Origin: Bigelowiella natans CCMP2755
Lineage: Eukaryota; Protista; Cercozoa
Assembly (NCBI GenBank): GCA_000320545.1
Contig: ADNK01001884.1
Location: 33,375 to 97,374, forward strand
Reading direction: 5' to 3'
Length of the DNA: 64,000 nt
Below the pieces are notes generated by a model. That model saw only the letters and a program-made list of their open reading frames with translations. It had not been told where the DNA came from and ran no database searches. Positions within the stretch are counted from its first letter, which is position 1. The number at the start of each line of letters is the position of its first letter. Positions 1 to 12,677 of this stretch are shown in pieces. Made by a program: the position numbers and the translations under genes.

Positions 1-212
1 AGACTGTAGTAATTCTCTCTTCGCTTCAAAAAACTAGTTGTGTCTTTGCATGCTACTACTTGTCGATGTATAGATGTAATCTTTAAGTAAACACTTCAGT
101 AATGAAATAGCCCCAAAGTAAAATAGTTCTAGATCTATATAGATATGACATTAGTATGCGCCTAGCGATGATAGACATGCAATACATTATATTTATAATA
201 TATATATATATA

Positions 213-2218
213 TGAGACGGATGTGATGAAGAATCAAATTTTTTCAATGGTCATCCTGATGTAGCTGTGCAATGCAGCGGCTACAGCGCTAATGTTGCAT
301 CTGTTGGTTTCTGCCACAATGTGTTTCATGCATTTGAAAGCGTCCTCATGCGACCGATGTTGCCGCGCACTGCGCGCAGCAGTTCTGGATTCAATTTCAG
401 CCTTTGTCAACCGGTTCGTGTCGTCGTTGCGATTCATGATCGCGCGCATTTGATTGCGCAATCTGATTTGTTCTCGACCATGCATTGGACATTCCAGGAG
501 ATGATCCATGTCCTTCAGGATGCCACATGCATCGCACGTGGCATCTTCCTCTGTGCATTGTCCACGTGACAGCATGAATTTGCCAAGATTGCCGACACCA
601 CAGATGGCGCGCATCCATGATGTAGCAACACTTGGAAGTTTCAGTTTGATGCCGGTGATCGAAGATGACGGGAGGAAACCAAGATTCTTGAGATGCACAG
701 CGCGCAATGAATCATTGGACCATTCCTCTTCGAATTCGTTGAAAGCACAAGATTTCATCACCTTGTGATGTTTTTTCAGTTCTTTTTTCAGCGCCTCTGT
801 TGTCGCCAAAACGGTGGGCAATTCGTCACCTAACAAGTCGTCAGTGATCGATTTGAGCCGTCGAAACAAGGATGCTTTGTTCCACGTGTGTGTGGCCACA
901 TCAATCCACGATGTGCCATCCAACATTTTTCGATTTTCAATGATGAAGCCATAACTGCTCCAATCATTTATTCCCTCATGGATTTGAGGACCGCTGCCTG
1001 TGTCGATCCATGCGTTAGTGCGTAACCATGATTTAGCACACTGCACTTTAGTTTGATATCGGGGTGGCAACGTGCCAGTGAGGACGTGGGGGACGTCGTT
1101 GGAGATGGATCCAGGCAATCCCAATATACGTTTCAGGGTTTGGGATTCCATGGAATCCATCTGTTTTATTCGTATGTTTCTTCGTGATCTCCATATTGGA
1201 GCAGCGTATCTGCTGGATGCAAGGAACCATGATTTGTAAAATTTCAGTCTGACGTTTAGCGGTACAAGGTGTCTGGAATAACACAACCTTAACAAAAACC
1301 TTCGCTTCTTTTGCAATCTCAGGTGAGAAGCAAGAGCATGTTTTTCAAAGGTTAATTTGTTGTCGAAGATTAGTCCGAGACATCTGCCGCTGTCGACTCT
1401 TTTTATTTTTCCTTGGAGATTGAGAGAGATGTTCCAGGAGGTTTGGTGTCGGTGGGCTTTATTTCTTTTGTCAATTATAAGGTACCCGCTCTTGTCCCCA
1501 TTGAATCGCATCCGCCATTTCATGCACCAGTCCGTCATTTGGTTTAGGTCGGCCTGGATATCATCTTGCATTTTCCCCCATCGGTTTGGCGAAAACAATT
1601 TGTAGGGGGTAACGTCGTCACAGTATATTTGGAAATCTGTGTTGGTAATATGTTCGTAAATGTCGTAATAGGTTATGAAAAGGAAACAGCTGAGAGATGA
1701 TCCTTCGGGGACGCCGCTCCCAAGGTTCATGTGCTCAGAGAGAGTATTGCCAAATCTGAATCTGGCGGTACGATCTCTGAGCCAGTCGTCGATCCACAGC
1801 AATAGCGAGCCTCGTATTCCGTATTTGTCATGTAACTTGCGTATCATGCCGGAATGCCAGGCTTTTGGATAAGCTTTAGAGGCATCTGTAAACAACAGGA
1901 TGGCTGCAAGCTTTTTGTTATATACTCCATCCTCGATTGACTGCGTCATCTTTGTGAGTGCAGTTTCGCAGGATCGATTTTTCATGAATGCATACTGATG
2001 TATGCTAATGTTTTTGGGGGGTATAGCTTCGCGGAGCCGTTGTTCTATTAGTTTGTCTTCTATTTTTGAAGCTATTTGTAGGAGAGAAATCGTTCTCCCG
2101 TTGAGAGGGGTGTTAAGTTCTTTGTTGGCCTTAGGGATGAGACAAAAAATGGCCGCCTTACGTGAGCCATCTCGGGTACCCCATCTATATGACATGTTGA
2201 ATGTAGCTAACCACAGTT
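213..2218 (-). mobile_element. 5'-truncated non-LTR retrotransposon (LINE): RT domain plus C-terminal CCHC-like knuckle; ORF 234..2195
   Basis: RT motifs QYAFMKNRSC, FTDASKAY, GVPEGSSLS, YCDD, LGLIFDNKLTF and C-terminal CDAC-x7-H-x3-C. No endonuclease domain is present. The element is bounded by (TA)n at 199-212 and 2220-2246. Confidence 0.93.
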
Positions 2219-2219
2219 G

Positions 2220-2250
<31 letters not shown>

Positions 2251-2719
2251 ATTGCTGTGTCTATTAAGTATGGCTGTGTCTATTATTATTATACCGTTCT
2301 AGCGTTGTACAACGCAGCTAGGTAGCCATCGGCATCAGCACGCACCTAGCTAGCTAGTGAGCTTACACTCAAGCGTAACAATGATGATAAATGCGCAAGT
2401 AGTGTCATTGCGGCCTATATGGTGAGGGCACAAATATATCTTATGGCTCACGGCAAGTAGCTATCGATATGGTATGCGCTCCTCTAGCCTCTACACACCA
2501 CAACCAGCACATAGATACGTACTAGCGTAGCTAGTTTTGTTGCACAAGATCGACATAAATTAGGATTTTCAAAATTTTTAGTACGCTTACCAGGAGTTAA
2601 GTGAGCGCAGCTGCATATTGCACCATGTAGAGTAGTCGTTGGAAGAACTTCTAATCTCATTTCATTTACTAATAATTTCAAGTACATATGTCACGCAGAA
2701 TGGACATTACATATTATAT

Positions 2720-2762
<43 letters not shown>

Positions 2763-2968
2763 CGTATGAACGCATTTAATCGCATCAGCAAACTTAATCG
2801 AGTGTAGTAAAAATCGATGTGAATCCTCTGATCCAAGTCTGAGGAGGCATCTAAATGGATATTTCTTGCTAATATATCCTGAATTTGATTCCTGTATCAT
2901 CCGTTCTTTGACTTTAAAGTGATGATTATTTTCTATTTTAATATGTACAAACAAATGATATCCTGCGA

Positions 2969-3774
2969 CTATGCTTGCTGTTGCAGAGCTAACAGCCCAC
3001 CATGAAGGCACACATCGAGGTTCGCCATCGTGGCACAAATCAACCGCACGAAAGACGACGCTGCGGACTGAAACCCACAGCCGAGGACCTCGACGCACAA
3101 TGGTACAGCGCTAGCAAACACGCCCAAGGCTGCGGCCCCTAGCGTCAAGAGCGCAGCAGCCACTACCAGCAGCGACCAATCGAAAGGCACGCTCCTTCTC
3201 GGGTAACTGATGTGCTTCTTAGGGTGATCGATGCCCTCGGGGCCATGCGAGAAAAACGTGCAGATGTCTTCGGTAGCAGGCGCCGTGTTTGATTTCCACA
3301 TCCCCAACGTCCACTGGATCGGAAAGCCTAAGAACCCATGAACTCCCGGGTACTCTCGTAGCACGACGCGATGCCCCGCCTCTTCCAAACAGCGTTTCGC
3401 GGTTCGAGAGGATTCTTTCAAGGGGTCGGAATGGCCGCAGATCAACAGCGTCTCCGGGTAGTTCTTCAACTCAGGCGAGGGGATATCGGCCAGCGTCACT
3501 CGATCGAGCATTTCGTCGTATAGCTCATTGCTTTCACCCTCTTCTCTGTGGTCCTTTCCAACCGACGCCTCCCCCTTCACTTCCTCGGGAGAACGCTGCC
3601 CTCGCCGTTTTCGTCGTCTTTGTCCTTTGTACTTGCTGAGACAGAACTGCACAGCCTTGGCGCTGAGTGTCCATTCCTTCCACGAGTGCTGGTCTAGTAC
3701 GCCGTACACAGAGCAGACACGTTCGATCTTCGGGAACGACACTCGATTCACCCACGAATACGAATGATGCGACA

Positions 3775-3806
<32 letters not shown>

Positions 3807-5166
3807 AAGGTGGTGGTGGTGGACGAGGAGGAGGAGGAGGAGGAGGAGGAGCAGCAGCGGGAAAGCAGACCGTTGAGCATTAATCGGTTCTCAAGCAGAG
3901 CCGCTGCCATTGTTACTAAGCCCCCACCCGCTGAGTCTCCGAGGAGGAACACCTCGTTCACACCGTCCCGTTCTCGCATCCAACTCAACGCCTTCAACAC
4001 TGAGAAGACTGCACGAGGGTACGTGGCCTCTGGTGACAGCGGATAGTCGATGCTGTACACGACGAACCCCTCCCTCGCCAAAGGGGTTACGCTGTGGAGC
4101 AAGACTTCGCTGTTGCAGGACACCCATCCCCCCCCATGAGCGTAGAGCACAGCGCCTTTGCACGCGGTGAGCTTCCCCTCGAAGGACTGGCCGGTGGGCC
4201 AGATTACGTCCAACATCTCTCCTTCATCACTGTCGCCGTACGCTACCCTCCTCTCCAAACGCACGTTCTCCAAGACTTTCCTATTGTCCTGCGCAATAGC
4301 TGCAGGGCGCCACGCCAGAGCGTAGTAGTACATTGGCCAGTCCAAGAAGAGTCGGATCAGGGGCAGCGTTATCCATACTGCAACCCACTCGCACACGGCC
4401 GCCGCAGATGCGACTACCGTGCGCACAGCCTGCTTCCACGCGCTGCTGAGAAGAGAGTACAGCAGCGCAGGTGCCACCAGAAACGTCCCGATTACGAAGA
4501 GCGAAGAGCAGAAGGGAGATGAGGCCGTGTTGAGCAGCTGCTGCATCCACCAGCAGCTGCGGTAGTAAGGCAAAGGCTCGAAGACGGGAGAAAAATAATG
4601 CAACGACGACAAGGATGAGGACGATGATGATCCCGTCGCTGAGGAGAAAATCCAGTGCAATAGAGCGAAGGAAGACGGCAGGAACGGCGAGGAGGTGGCG
4701 TTTGGAGAAGAAGAATAGGTTGATGGGCTGCGCTGAATTGTGCTTGCTGAAGGGTTATAATGGTGGAGCATGCTTCCTCCTCCCTCCTCCTCCCTCCTCC
4801 TCCTCCCTCCTCCCATGCTATCCGCATCATCGCCGTATAGCTTCCCATACAAGACGTGGAGGGAAATGATGGTCACAGCGTACAGCATTTGCAGCACCAG
4901 GGACTTCCCGGAAAAGTAGTGTCGTGGAGCTTCCAGCCCCTCAAGTGACCGCGTGAAGGTCTGGCTCACGCGCTTTGCATTCACAACGACTACGTCGTAG
5001 ACGTACGGGAGTGCGAGATCGAGCAGCGACCGGTGCCGAGGCAGCTTCAGTTTCTCTTCAACATCGTCGTCTTGGACGTCTTTTCTGCTTGTTGCTGTGA
5101 GGGAAGAGACGTAAGACGTGCGATCATGGAAAACAATGTTACTTCAAATTGATTTTTTACTTACTC

Positions 5167-5212
<46 letters not shown>

Positions 5213-7379
5213 GCTCAATTTATCAATCTTTGGTCACTCCTCTGCCCCCTCCCCTCCTCTCTGCCACAACAACTTCTAGACTTTTACCCCAGCTGCCCAT
5301 GTGGGAGCCCTCGAGGGAGAAGAGAACGAGGAGCTGCGCCGTTATGCCCAAGACCCCTGTCAAGGTTCCGCTCAGCGAGGTCCACCCCCACTGCTTCATA
5401 GATGCGCTCGTGTGAATCACGTCGTAGCAGAACAGGATGCCTACCAAGACGGTGAATGACCATAAAGCCCAGCCCAGCAGCTGCATCGTCACGAACCCGT
5501 CTCTCGGTAGTCCCACATCACACGCGCTTCTCCCTTGCAGGGAGGAAAAAGGGGAAGAAGACTGAGAGAACAACGGCGAGGATGATGATAATGATGAGGC
5601 GTTAATTCCTCTCCCAACCGCAGGGTCCCCTTCTTCCTGGGCGAAGTCCCTTCGTAAATGATCATCCTCATCATCCGTCGTCCTTCCCCTCCTCCTCCTC
5701 CTTCTCCCCACCCTGGTTCTTATCTTTGCCTGCTCCCTCTCTTTCCTCTGCCTCTCGCGAATACCGTTAATAGTGAGCCACCAGGTGAGAGGCACAGACG
5801 TCAGCACTGCCAACACTGCACATATGCGAGCAGGCAGGACAGGGAATTCCGCCCCGAAGCACACCGTAGCAATGTCCGCACCAGCGAAGCATCCCAGAGA
5901 ACCAATGCCGATCAGGATTGAAAAGAAACCGCCACAAACAGCTGTTGTTCCACGTTGCTCTGCGTACTCAGCAGCATCCGTATCAGCCGACGACGATGAT
6001 TCTGCACGTTTTCGGCGACCAAGAGAAGGCGACCAGCAGCACGGGTGAAAGACACCGCTGCCAAAGAAATTGGCAGAGCCGATGATACTGTCGTTACTGC
6101 TGCGACTGATGGGGGCAGGTGTGGTGGAGCTGCAATGTAGCGGCGTGAGAATTTGGGCACGATCCCTTTCACCGTCCTCGTCGCCGCTGTCATCATCGTG
6201 GTCGTGTTTGGACATCGTATCTTTCATTTCCACATCTTTCACATGAGGAGTCGTCGTCATATTCGTAGCATTCTTTGTCATGTTCAGCTTCTTTTCCCTC
6301 TTCACATCCGCGTTCACCGCTACAGCAGCAGCGGCATCAGCATGAAGAGCATTGTCATTGATGACCTCGCCTTTGCCACTTGGCTGCTGCAGTGACTTAG
6401 CGGCAGTAGCGGCAGTAGCAGCAGCATCAGACCATGAAAACACCTTGGCGGCCACGCGCCTTGTCGGCGTCTTGGACTTCTTCCATTTGCAATCGAAGAG
6501 AAAGAGCGAGAGAAACAGCACTAGTTGGCTGACGAAGAAGTTCAGCCCAACTGCCACGATTATGCCGTTGAGGGGGATGGCGCTCACACCGACGAAGAAA
6601 CACGTGCTCAGCGACACAACTGACAGCCCGAATAAGGTCCATCCCAGAGCCTGGAGGGTGACGAAGCGAAACCCGCCCTGAAAGGGCATGAACATCAAGT
6701 ACGCGTCGCTGCCGTGGCGGCGAGGACCGCACAGGAAATGCGTCCAAGCGATGCTGCACATCCCGCTTGCGCAGGCAATCATGAATGGCAGATCCGCCAA
6801 GTAGAAGCTGTTGTAGGAGGACGGGAATGACCCGCCTCGAATCACGTCCGACAGGATGAAAAGCGATATCGACACTAGAGAGAACAGAATGTTGACCGCC
6901 TCCTCTGCATGCAAGCCTGGGTGCTGCGAGCGACGCCTTACCGGGCCCTCGGAAATGCTTACGATTTGCTCGATCAGCGCGTCGAGAAGCTGGGAGGAAA
7001 GCTCCTCCTTCGTGCTGCTGGTGCTGGTGCTGCTGCTACTGCTACTGCTACTGCGGCGGCGCATCTGGTCCTCATTCGCCAATTGACGCAGTTTACGGAT
7101 CGCTCTCATTATCTCGGCAGTGCGAGATTTGGGTATCTTGACCGACACAGAGAGCTTCTCCTCTTCATTCTGGATATTGTCTTCGTAGAGATCTTGCGAG
7201 TAGATAAGCAGCAGCGTGTTGAGGAAACCCCAGCTGCCCAGGAACGACATAAGGCCGTAAAGCTCGAGGGCAGGCGTCCTTGAGACGCCGATCACCACAT
7301 TCACCACGATCTACGAAGCACAGCAGGAGCGTATAAATATGAGTGTCGTGCAAGATCAAAGAGTGCTGTTTGCTTCTTT

Positions 7380-7423
<44 letters not shown>

Positions 7424-9914
7424 TATGTGTCATGACACTATCACTCACCCAAAATCCAACTGACGTCCAAACGGAGACCTGTGTAAGAACAAAGCGCTTC
7501 CCCCCTTTGAAAGGCTGCCAAATGCGAAACGTCTTGAACATTCTCACACCGGCCAGCTGGGCGACGGTGCAACCCAGAAGCGTGAGGAATGTCGAGCAGA
7601 TGATGATCGGCCGGATGTACAGCTTCTTGTACTCCTTCATCGTCTTCTCAGAAACGTGGTCCACGAAGAGGCATATGAGGGTGGCGCATAGGGACAAGAT
7701 GACGGCAGCGAGCTTCTCCCTCGTGGCCTGGGAACCGAGTAACGTATGTTGATCGAGCCTATCCTCCATCTTAAGAATGTGCTCTGAATCGAAGTAGAGA
7801 ATGGACAGCCATATCACCAGCTGGCTCAGGAACGTCACAGGTAATAGCCGCATTACGTCCTCGATATTGATGGTGCCCGTGCGGCCGCCGCCATAAATTT
7901 CGCCATAGGAGAGAGGGGGAGAGAAGGAAGAGGAGGGGGATGGAGACAGGCCGTGATAGTTGTTGCAGAAGTACACGGCGCTCAGCGTCAAGCTCACAGC
8001 GTACAACATCCATCCGAACGCCTGCGAGACCACATGGACCATTCCTCCCTCGAAAGGCTGCCACAGGGAAAAGTTCCTGTGCATCGTTTTCCCGGCCACT
8101 TGAGAGAGGGGCCCGGATGAAAATAGCATTAGTGCTGCCGCGTATACGACCTGATATTTCAATCATAATAGCACCATAGAGTAATATAAAGAGGATGCGT
8201 GTGATGATAGGAGCTCCCCTCCAGATAGTAGGGAACAATCATTTAGCCCTTTCCCTCTCTCACCCTCAATTTTAATTCATAAATTGTCTGCGCTTAATCG
8301 TTTCCCCAAATATAAATAAATATATATATATATATATATATATTTATATGTATATACACCGGTGACGGCCCTTTTAGGCGACTACGTACGGTGTGAACAA
8401 CTCTAAGCATCTCGCAACTGCTACGTACCATGCCCATATCTATCGAATGCTTGAGAGTGGGGTATGCTTTTTGCAAGAAGTACACGCCGGCTAGCACCAG
8501 GGTGGGCCACAGCATCAGCATTAAGCAGAAGTAGAGCTGGGCGGAGATACGGACGCGCTTAGTACCGATATGCGGGGGATGCGCCTCCATTGATTCAAGT
8601 TTTACACGGCCTTGGAAGTGCGAGAGCGAGGCAACCAGGGTGACCTGGGAGAAGAAGCCGACAATACCGCACATGCTCAGGAGGCCGTCGAAATGGAGAT
8701 GAGAGAGATCGGCCGGTAGCGCGATGACACACTGGATAACGACTCCCAGGAACATCCACCCGAAACCCTGCAGAGTGATGAAAGACCATCCACCTTCGAA
8801 AGGCTGGAATAGTCGATAGTCTCTGAACTCAGAGGGACCATTGAAGTAGTGCGTGATGACAGACGAAAGGACGCAAGCGGCCGCGCCCACACGCAGCAAG
8901 GGTACAGCAATCCACCGTGAACGATAGAGGTCGGCCACGAGGAAGCACAACAATCCCCCCAATGTCACGAGCAAGCTCACAATACTGTGAGAGTTCCATA
9001 TGATCCGCAGCCCCACGATAGAAGGCAATACGATGTCCTTGGCCCCCGCTGAAGAACCGAAGTACAGTAAGCGAATTGCGTGGATGGAAAGGACCAAGAA
9101 GCACGTTGGTGTCAATTCAAATTATAAAAATGTTACCTTCGGCCTTTCCATCAAAGAAAGATATGCTTGTGTTGAGTATCAGCGTGGACGCGAAGCCCAG
9201 GAGGCCCAGGGCTGTTAAAGTCCCCCCCATATTTTTTGCTGCATGGATCTAATTAATGATGAAGATATTGCCCTCAGTTCCATTACCTTTTCGTATAACC
9301 AACTGCAATTTGTGCAAATGACTTACATTGAATAAAACCACCAAAGAGCAGGTCAAGCACGACGAGTAAAGAAACCATCCTAGGCTTTGCAGGATCACCT
9401 AGTGATGGAGATTTTTTTCAAGGAGTCAGTCTTTCTTGTGCAAGATAACAAAGCGACGACCAACACATGCCAGATTCCACACACTATGAGCTGTAATCTA
9501 TTACAAATCGAGGCCCGCCAAAGAAAGGCATCCATAGGCGAAATTCTTGGTAACGGCAAGCTCCTGCAATTGTGCTCAAGGGTCCTGCCCATATCATTCC
9601 TGTTTATATTTAAAAAGATGGATCATCTACTGTCCCATACGTATGAGGTTTCTGCAAAATAATACTAATCTGCGCAATTCCCTGGTGTGCAAGTGTACCC
9701 ACCTAGGATCGCAATGGCAATAAGAGTGACATCATTGTGTAAGCGCTTGTGGTAGAGATCGGCAATGAAGAGGCAGGTGAAAGAGCATATTGACGCCGAT
9801 AAGGAAAGTAAGCGAATCTGCTCATTTCCCGTCGATATTAGCATCTCTTCGCGAGAAAAAGGAAGTAGCCTATTCCGTATCAATTTTTTGCCACCCCCTC
9901 CCCGATCGGGTCAT
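2969..9914 (-). CDS. Multi-exon polytopic membrane protein with about 6 repeats of a (W/F)xPFxGGxxFVxxQxxGW module, fused to a C-terminal hormone-sensitive-lipase-family alpha/beta hydrolase
   Basis: ORFs 9665-9883, 8294-9115, 7356-8162, 5223-7307 and 2969-4984 read as exons of one gene. Junctions checked are in frame: TGG G|gtaaaag near 5287 to tcacag|CA near 5095, and FW|gtgagt to cgtag|IVV. Hydrolase motifs are HGGGW, IDYPLSPE, GDSAGG, DPL and HGF. The start codon is approximate. Confidence 0.8.
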
Positions 9915-10479
9915 GCACTCTCCTCCGGAATCTGCAGGTGCGGATTGATTCTTACTGGCAGTAATTATTTTATGTTCTTTGGAAAATATAAAATAGGATA
10001 TTCTCGGTATAAACAATTCGACATGGACTGTTATTGAATCACTCTAGGATCAAAGCCGTATGGAAATATGTAAGCATATATATTTTCTAAGATTCCCATT
10101 TGTCACCGCGGATTTGTGATTTCACTCTGCCCTCACATCAAGTCGCACATGAAGAACTTCATGTTTTAACAGTCGTAGTATCAAAAATTCGCCGGCTAGA
10201 TGCTAGATGGTTTAACCATTTTCGCCAAGGAAGCAGTTTGATTTTGGAAATGTGAACAAAATGCCCTCCTTTCCTTGCGAAAACCCGACGAATGGAGGAA
10301 AACAAAACATCTCCGATCGGTGAAGCAACATGATGCGAACCATGAGAAGTTACGTTGAAACCAAACTAGGAAGCGACATGAGGATTGACATTGGATCAAA
10401 ATTCGACCCGCTTTTTCATATTTTTGGGTCGATTTTTTGCGGTTAATTTTTCAAATCCAATCAGTCCTCACTGAAGCTA

Positions 10480-11340
10480 GTAGCGTGTGAGTGTGCAGCG
10501 CACTGGAAGTGGTCAAGACACGTCCACTCCAGCTTGCCAGCGAGTGTCCGCCTCAGCTGGCTCAGCTCCCACTGTCACGCGTTGCGTTCAGGAGGAAAAA
10601 ACTTTTCGTGATGTGCAAACGTGCGTGCGAACACCCCGCCAGCTAGCTAGCCCGTGCAAACACACCTCTGGACCTAGACACCCTTTGATGGGCATTTCGG
10701 AGCCTGCGGCGGTGAGAGGTGACAAAAAAGTGTCTCAGTTCCCACCTCATGCTGGCATGCTACATGGCTAGCTAGCTAGGTGGTTCAGGGAAAAAAAATC
10801 GTGCGCATGTCAGACGTTCATTGTGTGCCAGTCTAGCAGTGTGCATGACCACGCCAGCATGCACGCACACTGGCTGTGGCTGGCATGCTGGCATGTGTGA
10901 CGTGCCAGCGTGTGTGTGTAGCTCGATCAGAGCTGCATGCACTGCATGGTGCATACTCGCATCGCGCACACGCACAGGCGGCACTTGCTGACTTCATGCG
11001 CGCACCAGTTTGTTCGTTCACTCTCATCGTCGACAGTCGCGCGAATTGCGCACAACATGCGCATGTTGCGTTGCACCAGTGCACGCTCGCTTTTGCAGAC
11101 TGTCGTAATTCTCTGCTGTTGTTCAGCATCCTGGCAGTGTCGATCATGCGCATTCATTTGTGAGCAGATCCCATCGCGCTTGCGGTCATTTGTTGTTTGC
11201 TGAGCAGATGCATGAGGAGCCACCGAGGGCGCCATTGATGTGCAGTGTGTCAATTTTCAAATTATTCAAGTGACTGCGAGCACAAACATGAGCATTGCAG
11301 CAACTGCATTGTTGCGCTCTACATTGTGTTGAGCTGTCGT
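10480..11340. other. TpA-depleted, CTAG-retaining intergenic tract
   Basis: About 13 TA in 10501-11340 by hand count, 7 of them in CTAG. Confidence 0.85.
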
Positions 11341-11352
11341 TGCTCAAAGTGT

Positions 11353-11531
11353 AAGTTCCACTCCGTTTCCTTTCCCCCCCTCTGCTTCGGCATCTTCCAA
11401 ACCAGGATTTCGTATCAAGGAAACCAACTCGCTCGTGATGTGGAGCCAAGTTCCACCCCATTTCCTTTTTTCCCCTCTGCTTTGACATCTTCCAAACCAG
11501 GATTTCGTATCAATTCGCGCGTGATATGGAG
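11353..11531. repeat. Tandem duplication of about 94 nt at the 3' end of the 11415-12677 gene
   Basis: CATCTTCCAAACCAGGATTTCGTATCAA occurs at about 11391 and 11486, with similar flanks. Confidence 0.9.
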
Positions 11532-12677
11532 GGCAGGGCACTTGGGAAGGAAGATTGTGAGAAGATACACATTTATGACGTACCAATAGTCTAACACCAT
11601 CATGAGCTCAGTAGGTTGTATCGGTTTGTGCGAGTCGGGATCACTCTCATAACTAACGAAATTGATAGAAGGAATAACAAGGCTAGCAATAGACATCGCA
11701 GTGAACTCTGCCAGAAAGATCCAGGAGTACACACTAACTTCAACCATTGCCGTGCCTTTGTAAAAGTCCGTCCAAGCCACAACCATTCGAGTCGCGATGA
11801 ATTGCGCGAAAAACAAGTAGTGATTGAGGCTGTGCTCGTGAGTGTATGGGAGATCCACGAATACAAGGAGAAACACACCAGCACTCAACGCATATATTAC
11901 ATTGCCAACCATGCTTATCATTTTGCGAGCTGGGTCCAATTTGAACATGATTGAACGAGTGCTGTCAAGGATCTGAGAATTATTTGTCGGAAAATTAATG
12001 GGGTTCGTAGTTCAGTTCTCAGTTTAAACCGGCACGCACATGTATTCATGTTTACACACACACACACACACACACACACATGTCCCCCCCCCCCCACACA
12101 TGTAGACACACACATGCAAATGACTCATCCAAAGACACATATACAAATTAACACATGCATCCGATGTACAGGTGCCTAAAAATGTGAGACACATGCATTT
12201 ACATTGTTGACTTCATGTGAAAGTGACAGGAATGAAATCACACAATATCATTTCATCACAATGCCAATGACCAGTATTATCAATAGGAGTGGAAGAGTCA
12301 GAAATGTTTGTACTTACAGCGTATCTGACTAGGCAATAGAATCCAAAGCCATAGAGTGGAACAGCAAGATAGATCGCCGGTCGCTCATCAAAATTGACAC
12401 ACCCACTGTTGTACCCCATCGCACTCTTGATGTGGTTATCTTTTAACATCTCAGGGTTGAAAATTCGTGTGACTATACCACACAAGATCATCGACAGGAC
12501 AGCTAGCTCCAATTGTGCGCGCAGATATTCGGTGGGGTCGACGACATCTCTCCTCTTTATTTCATCGCGGAACACGTTGATGAACGCAGGCAATGGACAC
12601 CACCCTTTGTAACATGGTGTATTGCACTCTATCATTGATTCTTCATCCGCGCTTGCCTTTCTCTCGGTGGTCGCCAT
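11415..12677 (-). CDS. Two-exon multi-pass membrane protein of unknown function
   Basis: Exon 1 MATTERK...LVRYA|gtaagt; the intron ends ttctcag at about 11973; exon 2 reads ILDSTRSIMFKLDP... There are several hydrophobic helices. Confidence 0.7.

Noticed and set aside
301-950. CpG methylation decay or classical RIP as the cause of TG/CA excess
   Set aside because: CpG remains abundant (e.g. GCCGCGCACTGCGCGC) and the missing dinucleotide is TA. RIP would increase TA.
2969-4984. Stand-alone lipase gene
   Set aside because: The ORF begins at GTG and continues upstream to a phase-compatible splice acceptor joining the membrane-repeat exons.
10134-10460. Possible DNA-transposon terminus related to the reverse complement of 33280-33460, with a small hairpin at about 10397-10437
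   Set aside because: Only short patchy matches; no convincing TIR or TSD pair was identifiable by eye.
10487-11589. Many overlapping ORFs here and at 31919-33462 and 46447-47167
   Set aside because: They are Cys/His-rich, Tyr-poor and motif-less frames that arise because TAA/TAG stops are missing in TA-depleted DNA.
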